64,000 bases of DNA from Camelus dromedarius (GCF_036321535.1 NC_087438.1:3288001-3352000); one strand, 5' to 3'. Positions 1 through 12,424 are shown, numbered from the stretch's first letter. Notes: generated by a model not told the origin, from the letters alone. Made by a program: numbers and translations.

Positions 1-800
1 GTGTCAGCACCGCCATTTCACACCAGAAATTAGGGTCCAAAGTGCTGAATGCGAAGCCCCTGCCCATGCCGTCCTTGAGCCGGTGGAGCTGGACTAAGCA
101 CAACGGAAAAGGAAAAGGTTAGACTTCGCCACGCAGAGTCCCTTCGTCTTCCCCAGGAACTGCTGCTGGGCTTTGCTGGTGACAGCAGGAGAGAGAAAGT
201 CATTCGTGAGTCACAGTAAGCAAAGCTGGAAATGAAAAAGCACCTTGAAAGAGTAAAATGTTGTGGGAACTGAGAAGATGGGGTTCCGCCTGCAGGAGGG
301 GGGCCCCAGCGGGCTTGGCAGAGGAGACGGGAGCCTGGGGTGGGTTCACAGGGCCGTAGAAAGGGCTCTGAGACCCAGGGCATCTCTGAAATAGGGATGG
401 AGGAGAGAAAAGCTGCCTGGGTGGGAGAATGAACATTGCTCAGCAGATAGGGTCCATTGTGGGCTGGTGGGAGCCGACCCTGAATGGCAGAGGGAGGCCC
501 AGGCTCACGGCCTTGACCTCCAGGCCATGCAGTCAGTGCAGAAGCCTGCAAGATCACTGTGTAGAAGTGCAGTGCGGCGAGGGCGAGGGCCATGTCTCGC
601 AGCATCAGGTTGGGTGTTTGCAGAGCGGGAGGCAGAAGGTGCGGGAGGGTGGAGAGCTGAGTGCTGCCCTCAGCGTTCTGCGTCCCCGGGGGCTGAGACG
701 TCCAGGTGGAAACGGAGGAAATGGCAGCTCCAAAGAGAAGTCACAAGCCTGCGTCAGCCCCACGGGACCGATAATTGAAACCATCCACTCCTTAACTCAC

Positions 801-867
801 GCCTGAGCAGGGATATGATGTCAGCCTCATCACTCTGGGCACCGCAGATAAAAGTTTCCAGGCCCTT
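801..867 (-). other. Candidate internal exon (67 nt) of an unidentified minus-strand gene
   Basis: The minus strand reads ctcccttctcccgctttttccag|AAGGGCCTGG...CTCAGGC|gtgagt: a long polypyrimidine tract with branch-like ccctaag/ccctgag, then a consensus donor. Phase 0 reads KGLETFICGAQSDEADIISLLR and phase 2 is also open. Product not recognised. Confidence 0.5.
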
Positions 868-2207
868 CTGGAAAAAGCGGGAGAAGGGAGCTCAGGGGCT
901 TAGGGAGCCATGTGTGGGCTAATGGGATGTGGCAGCTGGGCTCCTCCGGGTCAAGTGAGAGCACTTGGATTCAAGGAATAGGATATCTTGACCGTGATTG
1001 CCTGGCAGTGGCCACATGTGTGCTGAGCATTTTATCTGAAGTTCTAATGGAAATTATCAAAAGATCCGTGTCTTTTGGGGCCACAGCAATTCCATCTGCC
1101 GTGATGAGTAGAATGTGGCTAAGACACCCTTACTTGTAACCGTGTTCCCTGAGTTGCATGTTGTCACTAATATCCTTTTCCGGTTCACTGTGCTTAGGCA
1201 GTGGTGAGACTGTCATCAGAACTCAGGGACTCGGGTAACAATCAGGCTGCCTTCGAGGGGATGCTGGAAACTGCGTTCTGTTTATTGAGATGGGGTTGCC
1301 GTCATACAGCATTGCAAACTGTGACAACTCAAGCAAAGAAATCAACTGAGATCAACTTGTGTCTGTTAAATTTCATCTGTATTTTTAAGCCAGCTAGCAA
1401 TGGAGGAACATGCATGGTGGCCGCCACCACAGCACTTCCTGGCCTTGATCTGTTGTCCCCCACAATCGAGGAAAGATACAGGGAGTGAAGTAAGCTCAGT
1501 GCTAAAGACACATGATGATGTCCTCAGGCAGGAAGCTTGTGCTAATTCAGACTGCAGGGAGACACACTGCCCTCCACAAAGTGAGAAATCTTTGGGAGCC
1601 AGTCTGGCATCATTTATAGTCGAATGCTATGGATATGCCCATGAGTACACAGAGACAAACAAAACCATACGGCTTTACGATCTGTAGTTAAGTATGTTTA
1701 GCATTAGCATCCTTCTTGAGATTCAGTACAATAGAAAAGAAGAGATGGCAGGTTCTTAAATATTTCTGGGCACTAATTTCCAAAGCTGTGAGGAACGGCC
1801 ATTGCATTTGTATCTTTCTGAAGTCTTGGCTTGGATCAAAGACTCATACTATTCAAGCCACTGTGCCACCTGCTTTTAAGCACACCTGGCCCACCAGCAG
1901 CCTTGTGGATAGGGTGCAGCTCTCGGCAGCACCACAGCTGCTTGCCACCCCTTTTAAGGGAGCCCCGGTGGTGAATTCCAGCCTGGGCAGGGAGCTAAGA
2001 GTAGAGTGGACCCACAGGACAGCCCCAGAGAGGAAGACTCCAGGGATGTGGCACCTGCTGCTGTGTGCTGGTGGCTGATGCCCAGGTGACAACAGAAACT
2101 TGGAACACAAAGGAACAAGCAGAGCTTAGCTGCGAGCTGGAAACATCCTCACAGGGACCCTTACCCTGGGCAAGGCTGCTGGTGCCCTGCCTTGCTCCCC
2201 TCCCTCG

Positions 2208-2224
2208 GTGACGTCACGCAGCTG
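2208..2224. promoter_or_regulatory. Full CRE palindrome (GTGACGTCAC) followed by a CAGCTG E-box
   Basis: TGACGTCA at 2209-2216 with its CpG intact; CAGCTG at 2219-2224. Motif match only. Confidence 0.3.
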
Positions 2225-3125
2225 GTGTTGAGGTGTCAGTTTTACAGGTCGGCAGGGATTCAACACGCCGTAACATCCCCCTTAAGTAAGCAGGGCAGGA
2301 GACTGGGCTTCTCATCTGCCCCCCGGGACTGCTTCATGCGGGAACCACTCAGTGCCGTGGGCAGTGATGCTGTTTGAGCTCCCATTTCTGACGCCACAGG
2401 CTGTTTGCTGTGGTGTGACCAGGAGTAACTCTTTCCAGCAGAGTTTTACGAATCCTGCTGCATAAGACCTCCAGTTACACTTGGAGCTAGGCCACTGGGG
2501 ATACAGAAAGACTTCAGCAATGGCTTTGCCCGTGGCAGCAGCCCAGAAGACCAATGGCCAATGCTGTCATTGCAAATATTTCCAACCATTAACCTTAAGT
2601 GCTGAAATCAGCTGCAATCACGGATATGACACATGATCTATCTGTGAGCTTCTCGGGCTGTTTGTTTTCATGGAAAGCTCCATGTTTCCCTCATGCTGGT
2701 ATGCGAGCTCGCGTACAACGTTAGGGGACTGCCTGAGACATGGAGGCTCCAGACCGACCCTGTGCTGCTCAGAGGCACACACGGGGAAGACCAGGCGGTG
2801 CTAGGTACTCAGAGGGGCCCCAGGGGAGGCGTGTCTTGATGCAGCGGAGAGGTCTCCTGAGAGTCTCTGGTACCCCTCCCTGTCCCTCGGTGCCGTGTTC
2901 CCTGCTGGACCCGGAGGAAAGGCAGAGGCTTCCCTACCAGCTCAGTCTTTCCAGCTTCATTAATGGACAAGTAGAAAACTCAGAATTCCAGACTCTCAGA
3001 GGCCAAGAGGAGATGATGCATTTCTACTTATGGGAGGCATGAAAGAATGTTCTGGAAGCCACGCCCCCCAAGGCTGCAGGTTTCCCACCTTGTGTTTTTC
3101 TCGCCCCTCCTTCCTCTCTCTGGGG

Positions 3126-3336
3126 CTGGTTTTGCGACCTCAGTACTACTAATGCTTTGAGCTGAGTAGCTGACTTGGGGGGAGAGGTGGGGTGGGTCCC
3201 AGGGCACAGGCAGCACTCCTGCCCCGCCCCCAGGAGCTGCCAGAAGCACCGTCACCAACTGTGGAAGTCAAAAATGTCCCCAGACATTGCCAGATGTCCC
3301 CTAGCGGACAAAACAGTCCCCAGATGAGAACCACTG
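3126..3336 (-). mobile_element. MER20 (hAT-Charlie non-autonomous DNA transposon)
   Basis: caaaaatgtccccagacattgccagatgtcccctagcggacaaaacagtccccagatgagaaccactg is the reverse complement of the MER20 5' end (CAGTGGTTCTCA...GGGGACATTTGGCAATGTCTGGAGACATTTTTG). Confidence 0.85.
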
Positions 3337-3399
3337 CTCTAGAGCAACAATATAAAGAAAAACAGGTCGATGATGACCATCATGACTCGCTAGGTATTC

Positions 3400-3595
3400 T
3401 CCAGCCCTTCAGATACGTTATTTTTTTAGTCATTAAAACAACTCAAGCCCGTTGGTGCCATTACTGTTCCTACTTAGCACGCGAGGAAGCTGAGACAGAG
3501 GGGAGTCGTCTCTCTTAGGCAAACCGGTGGTGGAGCGCGGACTTGGCGTCAAGTCCGACAGAGACGGCGCCGCGCTGCAACGTGCTACACCCCCA
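3400..3595 (-). mobile_element. MIR SINE remnant, GC-shifted
   Basis: cattactgttcctacttagcacgcgaggaagctgagacagag matches the MIR core attatccccattttacagatgaggaaactgaggcacagag. Confidence 0.6.
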
Positions 3596-4419
3596 GTGCG
3601 CATCGATGTCCCACGTGGAGCTGGGGACGCGGCGGGCACGTCCCCGGTGTCGGAAAACAGAAGATCTTAAAGAGTGGAGTCTTCTAGGAAATGAGTCTGT
3701 GTGCGATATTTAAAACTTCACCTGGAGCTAATTTACTTTGTAAGCAAGGCCCGTTGCCCTGAGGCAGCAGACCGGCCACCCACGCGCTGCGCACAGCCGC
3801 GGGGCTCCTACTGCTCTGCTGGCAAACTGCTCGTGGGCATCCGCCTGGGGCCTCCTGCTCTCAGTCCCAGGTGCCCAGCAGCTCACAGCCTTTTCCTCAC
3901 GGATTCTCTGTGTCTCTTTGGGGCCCCGGGACTGTGGGACTCCACACCCCTGTTTCCTGTGCGGATCTGAGGATAAAATCCCCGAGTGACGCTCACACGT
4001 GGCCGGGGCCTCGCGGGACGCACGCCGCGCGCCGCGGGGAGAACAGCCCCGCGCTGAAGGCCGTTCTTTCCGAGCAGGGATGGGCGTGCTGCTGAGCGGG
4101 CGGCGCACTCTGGCAGGCACATCCGGGACACGCTGACTGCCGTCAAGGGCCAGCCCGGCAGTGAAAGGACACCAGGCACGAGGGTGCGACCTCTCCGACC
4201 GGGCCCGAGTCATTCCCGGAGTGAGGCGCTTGATTTCAGCTCCGACCATGGAAACGTGCTCTGATCTCACTCAGCCTGTGTGTTGGGAACAAGCGATGCC
4301 CACCTCCAAGCCCAAGCTTTCCAACACAGCTGCGACCGTGACCAGGAAGGGCGTTCACACACACGCGCGGAGCGCGGAGGAGACCACTCCCCGGGCGGGG
4401 ATGGCTGCAGGGCAGAAAG

Positions 4420-5320
4420 CAGGTCTGTGTGCTTGTCTACACATGTGTGTGATGACTTGTGCGTATAGACACACGCATGCATGTCTGTGCTGTGCCCATG
4501 GTATAAACACGCAAACACCACTATATTTGTGTACACACCACTATGTAGTGATGTTATACATACACACACACCATATCTGTGCTGTGTACATGGTGTGTAT
4601 ACACACCACTGTATAATGTATATGAACTATTACAGAATGTATGCTACATATACACACATGTGTGCAGTATACATTACATAGTGGTGTGTATATGTGACAT
4701 ACTAGTTTGCATATGTGTCCGTGTCATCGTGGAGACTTCCAAATATACACAACAGCAGGCAACTAGTGCAATGAACTTCAGCACCCATCACACCACGCCA
4801 GCCCCTGTGGCAGCACGGCCTGCCTCCCGTCACCCGCCCATTCCTGTATTGATGTGAAGCAGCCATTTCAGAGTGCATTCCTGAAAGATGGATTCCCTTT
4901 TAAAACATAACCAGTATATAATCACATCTAAAATAGACACAAATACGCGCACACACACAGACGCGCACGCATAACCTGATACACATGATGCACACGGATA
5001 TGCTGTAATAGCCCATAGAATACCAGAAGGTTTACTGTGCGCACTGTGACACAGTGCATGCTGAGCCTGCACACACATGTGCGTGTTACATGTACGCACA
5101 CGTGGGCACACGCATGGCAGTGCCACTGATGCCGCGGGTGAGGAGCAACGGGAACTCTCCTCACGTATATGCACAAACGCAGACGCGTCTGACAGGGTGT
5201 GAACCGGTCATCGCTCTAGCAGTCCTCGGCCAGTGTCGGACACGCACCCTGCCCGATGCAGCAAACCCCCCAGGGTGCTCACCAGGAGTGCACGTGCGTG
5301 CACAACCGAAGTGTGTGCGG
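4420..5320. repeat. Degenerate alternating purine-pyrimidine (CA/TG/TA) low-complexity tract
   Basis: Dense acacac/tgtgtg/tatatg/gcacac blocks over about 900 bp; source of several spurious Cys/His/Thr-rich ORFs. Confidence 0.8.
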
Positions 5321-5342
5321 AAATGTCACAGCAGCAGTACTC

Positions 5343-5503
5343 TTTTATTGTTACTATTATTTTGTTACTTTATTACATTTCTGCGTGTTTGTTTTGTCAT
5401 GGGGGTAGGTAATTAGGTTTATCCTTTTAGTGGAGGTGCTGGGGATGGAACCCAGACCTATGCCTGCTAAGCACGTGCTCTGTCCCTGAGCTGTTCCCTC
5501 CCC
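5343..5503 (-). mobile_element. Camelid tRNA-Ala-derived SINE (Vic-1 type)
   Basis: The minus strand ggggagggaacagctcagggacagagcacgtgcttagcaggcataggtctgggttccatccccagcacctcca resembles tRNA-Ala, followed by the typical aaacctaattacctacccc tail. TSD cacagcagcagtactc (5327-5342) / cacagcagcgttattc (5505-5520). Confidence 0.9.
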
Positions 5504-5509
5504 GCACAG

Positions 5510-5860
5510 CAGCGTTATTCCTGACCATTTCAAACTATAATAATGCAAGTGTCAACCAAAAGTAAACTAGATCAATTGTTGTATATTCATAGAATAAAAT
5601 GCTTAGCGTAATGAAAATAAACACACTAGTGAGTCCCGTAACAACCCAGATGGATTTCACACCTAAAATGGGAATGAAAGAAGCCAGAGGAGAAAATGTG
5701 CAGGCCACACTGTGCAGGGAGCCCAGGAAGAGCCCAGACCGGGTGCCGCAGAGCCGGTGAGTGAGAGAGGCTCCCAGCGCACGGTGTGCGTGGTGAGACT
5801 CCCTCCTGATGTGGCTGGTGGTTACAGGTGGAACCACAGCCTGTACACTTGCCATCCAAG
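5510..5860 (+). mobile_element. Old L1 (L1M/L1ME-type) 3' fragment
   Basis: aattgttgtatattcatagaataaaatgc...caacccagatggatttcac...aatgaaagaagccaga, typical of the end of ORF2 and 3'UTR of ancient L1. Confidence 0.6.
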
Positions 5861-6269
5861 TACAGTGCCCCTTAGTAACAACAGCTTAACTATTATTTTC
5901 ATGTTGATGCACAGAGGATAAACAACCATTAAACTGATACTGTCATATCTAGCTGGGATTGCTCAGGCCACCCAATTTCAGCATTTAGTTCAGACTACTA
6001 GCATGTTTAAGTAAATAAAAAGGGCTTTTTAGAATCTCTGCTAAAATAGCATTCGCATGGTTGTTCCTAAAACGTAAATTGCTGTAAAAATGTTAGCTCC
6101 TACCGTCATATTAATTTAAGGTTTCCCCGAAGGATTTATATGAATTCTGTTGTCCTGCTTTCTTAGAAAGGAACTAATACCTCAATTTAGAAGAGATTGA
6201 AATTATGTGTGTTTTGTGAAGTTTTAAGGAGCCCCTCGGGTTGCATGCTCTCCTCTTTGCGAAAGAGCA

Positions 6270-6420
6270 CTGTGGTCCTTGGCTTAAATCTGTGCACGTC
6301 TAGAGTGTCCCCATCTTCCCATCCGGAGCCATGACATCGGTCCAATGGGTTTGTTCTGAGAATTAAATGAGATACATCAGGGGAAACTCTTGGAATTCTG
6401 CCTGGTGCAGCAGAGGCACA
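6270..6420 (+). mobile_element. MIR remnant
   Basis: gggtttgttctgagaattaaatgagatac...cttggaattctgcctgg matches the MIR 3' half. Confidence 0.55.
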
Positions 6421-7599
6421 GACTACATATTTTTAAATATACATGAAGTTTAGCTCAATGCAGGGGGAGGGTTCACGGGAAACTTGAGTCACGGTACATG
6501 CACTGTGCACTTGGCCTTCCGCTCAACAGCAGTGTGCTTCTATCCTTCAGAGTCAACGGACAGAAACAGACTACACCTGACACTTGGTTTCAGCGTTGTG
6601 TCCTCAGGGCGCTGCGCAACTCAGAAAGCCACACTTGAGAAAGAATTGGGGTGCTTGTGCATGTGTGTAGGCAGGTGTTTTCTCACTGCAGGAAGGGGTC
6701 AGGGGCACCAAGCAACAGCAGACGAGCAGAATGGTGTACGTGGTGGCACTGTCCCTCCACGCTGGCTCAGACCCACGCTGGTGGGGAATTCCTCACCCAC
6801 TCACTTTGTGTGCGGGATGCTGGGCTGGAGGGCAGCGTCCTTCCTGCAGAGGATAAGGACTTGTATTCCTGCCATCTTGAGGGTCAGGCATCTTCAGAAG
6901 TCAAGGGCTTGCAAGGTCATCACAGAAAGGGCAGCAGCATCCCATCTGCTCTGGCAGCCCGATGGACCTCTCCCCTCCCTCCCCTCTGGGGTGTTTTTTC
7001 CCAACATCTTTCACTTCAAACCAAGCCCTAAGTATTCAGAGGCTTCCTTTGAATTATGCGGCATCCAAGCTAGTCCAGAGCCCGAGTCCCTGGCTCTGCC
7101 CTGAGACCTCCCCAGCAGTACAGAGCCGTCCACGCCAGGCCAAGCCAGTGCCCCTGGGAACACTTCTGCTGCATTCATTGCTGGAGATGGACATGCCACC
7201 AGGGTGCCAGCCTCAATACGAGCTCTCCGTGCAAACACTCTTAGGAACACTGGAAAATCATTCCTCACACTTCTTTTCTCAGTAAAAATGTAATATAAAA
7301 AGGTGTGGCTTTAACATTCTGTCCAAATAACCACCATGTGGACTCCTTATTTTCCCCAATAGCTGCCTGAGTTCTCTAGCTCACATTTCAGGCAGGTGAC
7401 CGACTGGCAGTCAAAACAGAATCTAAGCTTGAAACAATTAACTGGCTTGTAGACATTTTTCTTTGGTTATGGAAGTCAAACAGGTCTTTGAATTTTTATG
7501 AATATATGTAAAAGTCTCAGTTTGGTTTATTTGATTTTTTATGGTGGTATTGTAAAAAGAAAAAAGCCTTTATTTTTGTGACCTGTGTGTAAAAACACA

Positions 7600-7984
7600 T
7601 GTGCCAAGCCTGGTACCCCTCATGCATCTAGACTGAGTGCCCCGGCCCTTGGTTCGTGTGGCCAAGTCACCGTGGCTGAGTCCAGACAGTGGGTGTTAGA
7701 CGTTCTCTCTACTGACAGGGCGGACGTATAAAAGGCTCTCCCAGGGCCTTGGCACACAGTCCCTTTCTGTGGTGACCTTGGGAGCCCTTGACTTCTGAAG
7801 ACACCTGACTCTCAAGATGGCAGGAACACAAGTCCCTGATTCATTGGAGGAGGGATGCTGCCTTCCAACCCAGCAAACTGCACACAGAGTGAGTGAGTGA
7901 GAAATAAACTCAATTGTTCAGAAGCCAGCGAGGTGTTAGAATTACCTGAACGGACCTGTGTCAGCACCTTCAGGCTAACATGCA
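7600..7984 (+). mobile_element. MaLR LTR, MLT1J-like
   Basis: gtgaccttgggagcc...aagatggcaggaacacaagtccctgattcattggaggag and the 3' end gagtgagaaataaactcaattgttcagaagcca resemble MLT1J/I. Confidence 0.65.
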
Positions 7985-8399
7985 CACTATTTAGAAGTAA
8001 GGTCGAGTTTTAGTTGGAAGAGCTTCAGGTGGAGTTGCATAAAGGAGTGGAAATCCCCAACTTCGGCACCCGGCAGGTGTGCGTTTGAATCTGGACGTGA
8101 CAGCTCACCAGGCGTGGGTCCCGGGTCGGCGCTATAAGCTCTGACCTTCAGTACAATCGTGATGCTGTTGGTTTTTATTGCAGGAGACCCGTCAGGAGAA
8201 CTGCTTAGCGCGTAAGATGATGCGTAAGAAGGTACCGCGTAAGAAGTGCTTTGTATCGTGCGGGTTCTTCCGCAGAGCAAAATACATCTTTCTTCTCTTC
8301 CTTTACTTCCAGAGCCAGAGAAAGTTCATGTCCTGAAGTCAAGACCCACAGTGCCGTCAGCGCAGCTTTTATATGAATAATTTGCCATATCTCAAGAGC

Positions 8400-9060
8400 A
8401 CATCGCAGCTGCAAAACACACTGGCGCCTCCTCCGAGGACTGGCCCCCTCGCCCCCTGCCCGCGCAGGGCGGGCGCCGCCGTCCTCGAGCCGCGGGAGGG
8501 GCTCTGCAGGCCTCCCGGCAGCGGCCGCCCTCCCCCTCGGTTCTCCCGCCCGCGCGCGCGGCCCCGTGACGCCCGTGAGCGCTCGTGGGTCTTCCCGCTA
8601 GTCTCACCCTCGGGCGAGAACTCCGCCTGCCAGCCTCACCGCTGTGCCCCGGGCCCGCCATCTAGGAAGAGGGCGAGAAGGGCGGAGCGAGAGAGAGAAC
8701 GGAAAAAGGGACCCGGCGTGGCTGCAGGATTGCTCCCTGCGGGCCGTGTCACCTCCCCGCGTGGCCGCTCGGGGGGCCACCCAGCCTTCCTGAGCTGTCT
8801 ACGTCGCGACTCTGAGCCATTTCAGCCCGAGTGCTAGAGCGTGCGTGCGTTTAAAGCTGCTTAGAGGTGGCAGACGACTTCACTGTTGTTTTATTTTTTC
8901 TGTAAGCATAAAGTGTGCTGTTTCTACACTAGCCCATGCTACGCGTGCGCTGTGACCCACAGGTCCCGACAACCCGCAGAGCCACCCAGCTCGGTCTCCC
9001 GCGCTCGCTTTGCTCAGACTGCAGGTGCCCACTCGTGTCGGTGCTGGAGGCGGGTCAGTG
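8400..9060. promoter_or_regulatory. CpG island, probable promoter or 5' region
   Basis: Very GC- and CpG-dense (cgcgcgcgcggccccgtgacgcc, several GGGCGG/CCGCCC boxes) with no recognisable repeat; TTTAAA at 8850-8855. Confidence 0.75.
8608..8661 (-). other. Candidate exon in the CpG island beginning with ATG (MAGPGHSGEAGRRSSRPR); alternative donor gives 8640-8661
   Basis: The minus strand reads tccctttttccgttctctctctcgctccgcccttctcgccctcttcctag|ATGGCGGGC..., with donors GCG|gtgagg (exon end 8640) and AGG|gtgaga (exon end 8608). Confidence 0.45.
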
Positions 9061-11967
9061 TAGTTATGTGTGTAACTGTAGGGGCGAAAGGCCAAATGTT
9101 TTATATCTGAGTACCTAACTTCCCGAATCAGAAAGTTCCAGAGGGGATTTCAGAATAAAACAGAGGAAAGTTTCTCAAAATCCCTCTTTAAGAATAGTTT
9201 TCAAGTTCAAAGACTTAAGGATGTGTACGTCACCTCCTGGAGAGGCTTTCCTGGTCATTGGTACTGTCCCAAAGCGTAACAGCACGGGGAAGTGCACTTT
9301 GTCACTTAAAACACGGCACACGCTGCCTAGATGGCCCAGCCCCATGAGGCCACCCTGGGCCCCAGAAGACCAGGGCTTTCTCTGTGTGATGACACGTTGC
9401 CGAGGCAGCAGCAGGACAAGTCTGGCAGGCCTGAGACCTTCGTTCAGGGCACCCCTTCTCTCATGAAAGTCACCAGCGGGAGGGGCGTCTGCCTCAGCCC
9501 TCGCTGCTTGAAGCGGGAAAAAAGGACAGGCCAACGATGGGACATGCTTGAAACACTCTCTCTCCTTCCAAAGCACACACTCCAGCTCTTCCTTTTTCCT
9601 GAAGGTCTAATCTAGCCTCCTACTATCAAGGGCAGATAATGAAAGCAAATGACTCAGGACCTGAGTGGCAAAGTGCTCTGCAGCTGGCATTGCTTGCGGG
9701 TGGCAGCTGGAGGCCGAGCTGATGCCACCAGCTGTGGCTAAAAATACCTCGGGCATTCGTGCAGGGCAGTCTCCAAGAATCGCACACCAAACTTGTAAAT
9801 GCCCCATACACAGAACCAGCCAGATGTCCAAAGAGCTGCCCCACTCACCATCAGACCTCGGAAATGCACTGTCAGCGGCACCAAAAGTGTAAGAAACCGG
9901 GGCGGTGTTGGCAGAGGGGTGGGGGGCACCACTGCCTGCTTACCCGTCAGACTGCCCCGTGAGCCTCTGCCGTCTCTGGCCCCTAGTCCATGTATACACA
10001 CGTTACAGCAACACTCCGCACGTGGCCCTCGCGCGCCCGCGCCTCCCCCAGGCGTCACGGACACGGGGAGGCGGCTCTCCCTCCGCGAGCCTCACGCTTC
10101 CCACATCTTGTGAGCAGAGGCACTGACTGCGTTTGCTCCACGCTAGCTTCTCAAGGTGTTTGCACAGTGAGCAGCCTTAGGAGGCAGAGAACTAGTCTTC
10201 CGCTCTGAGCGGAAGGCAGGACTTCCTACTGCCGGCGGAGTGAAGCCTTCCTCTGGTGCGAAGACGCAGGAGCATCGCATCCTTTGATACCTAAACGTTT
10301 TATTCACATGAAGTCTCCTAGCCACAGGCGTTAATCCCTGTTCATAAGTTTCCTGAGGATGCGGGTTATTAACGTCTTTTATGTCACCCCACTCGTGTTG
10401 ATGAGGTGAAACATCCAGACAAGTCACACTGGAACTGTGACTGCAGCCCATGGTGTTCAGGAATCGGAGCATCTAAATTATGCTCTGATTATGCGCATTA
10501 TAGACATTTTTGTATGACGTGATCAATGTATCTAGCAGATTCCTTGAACATGTACCTACAAGAGCTACACTGCGATTTGATTTCTCTAAGTTCTACATCA
10601 TTGTTTCTACTGCATTTTCTAATGTATTTGTGCAATATTTATGGAAAACATCAGCCTAAACTTTCTGTCACAATAGAATTAACAAGTCTATAAGAGAAAA
10701 CAGTCTTTCAATCAATGAAAAGCTGACAGTGGGGCTTTATTTACAAAAATAAAGGTGTAAAAGTTAGGGAGCTGCTAGATTTAAGTCTTGACTCTTGTCT
10801 CGGCTCCTCCAAAACTGGTCATCCGTAGTCCATCCACGGACAGAACTGGGAACGCACACCGTGTGGTTGTGCGTAGGTTCCTAGGACTGAGCAGCAGAAT
10901 TTCTCTACTGTCTTCGTGCACGGTGGCCCTTCAGTTCAGGGGGGAAGGGTACACTTTGAGAAAGAAATAACACTGTTATGCATAAATCATGGGAGAGCAA
11001 CATGGTCCCACTTGGGCAGAATTTTCCAGAAGCTTTCACAAATAGACCCTTTGCAAATGCAGAAGCTGCAGCATGGAGATGTGTGTCCCGGCCCCCGAGC
11101 AGAAGAGCTTCTGCAAAACCATGTTTTCTGTGTCTGCTGATCTCGCTACTTCACCGCGTGGCCCTCCTTCCATGGATGCCCCCGTCCTCTCCCACCTCCC
11201 TCAGCCCTCTCTTCACTCCCTCTTCTTCCAACAATTTCCTCTGTCTCGCAGCTGAACACGGAGCTGGGGACAGTGAGCAACAGTCAGCAGTAAGAATCCA
11301 GATTAATTGTCACAGTGGGAATTTGAAAAGTAACTGATTTCTATACACGGTTTGAACTCAATACACGAAGCACATGCAGACTTCATTCTATGGGTGAGAG
11401 CTGTGGGATCTGGGCCACGGCAGCTGAACCAGGGCAGGACAGGCCCTGCACAGATGACCACAATGCCAGGCAGGTGGCGACGAGTCTCACTTCCCGAGTG
11501 ACAGCACTAATGAAACAGCGGCTCCAGTGCCTCACTGAGTTGGCACACGAGGCACGATGCGTCCCCCGACTTCTCTCTAGAAGCAGGTCTGTGCCCTGCG
11601 GTCCTGCACAAGCAATGGTGACAGGCATGCATCTTACATGCTGGACTGATGTTTTTAACAGAACTAAGGACGTTTCCTCTCAGGAACAAATAGATCAAAC
11701 TGTGAGACCCCTTTAAAGATGGAGTTGTGTTTCTAAAGTAAGATCATGGTTTGAGTCAAACCCAAGGTTCTTAAAAACATTCCTCTTCTAACACGCGTTG
11801 TGTGAGCAGTGGCTCCCCAGCGCCTGTCTGGGACTCTTCCCCCGGCAGGTCTGGGCACCTCGCAAGGGACAGAGCAATGTGGCAACACCCTGACCTCTCC
11901 AGGCCTCTCAGCCTCCCCCACCCCCAGTCCTGCCGGTTGCTTGGCCTCTGACCTCAGCCTCACTCAC

Positions 11968-12202
11968 CTCCGGTTGAGCCCAGGCTCCCACTCAGAATGC
12001 CCTGACCCCTTGTCTGGTGTCCCCTCTCCGTCGCTGGCTTCTGGTATTCCGGGGTGACCTCTTCCAGTTCCTTGTGTACGATCCAACGTGCATCTTCAGG
12101 GCCCTTTCCTTGACTAGGCATCTTTCTCAAGAAGGGCTTTCTCTTTTCCTGGGAACTCTGGGTTCCACCCCTCTGGAGATTCTGTCTGAGTGGCTGCCCC
12201 AC
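11968..12202 (-). other. Candidate exon (235 nt)
   Basis: ggtctttcag|GTGGGG...CCGGAG|gtgagt. Purine-rich body, open throughout in phase 0 (part of ORF 11960..12361). Confidence 0.4.
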
Positions 12203-12304
12203 CTGAAAGACCCGAGGAGGCTCCGTTGACCTTCCTGCCATGACCATGATGGGCACTCCTGGCTGGAAGGGTGGCTCTGGTCCATCTGGCCACTTGGTGC
12301 TCTG

Positions 12305-12319
12305 CTGCCACCTAGGGGG
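12305..12319 (-). promoter_or_regulatory. Candidate CTCF site
   Basis: Minus strand CCCCTAGGTGGCAG against the CTCF core CC(A/T)SYAGRKGGCR. Confidence 0.35.
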
Positions 12320-12424
12320 CCTCTCAGCACACTGCAGGTCAACCTCGTCCACAGTCCCCAAAACACCATGTGCCCATCAAACTGAAAGCTGGCACTCAGG
12401 CTGACCCTGTGGAAGGAGACTTAC

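Noticed and set aside
30..605. 191-aa minus-strand ORF with a hydrophobic N-terminus
   Set aside because: No recognisable domain, and the composition is typical of chance ORFs in GC-rich DNA. It lies downstream of a strong donor at 800, so it is probably intronic.
5430..5503. tRNA-Ala-like sequence
   Set aside because: It is the degenerate head of a SINE with tail and TSD, not a tRNA gene.
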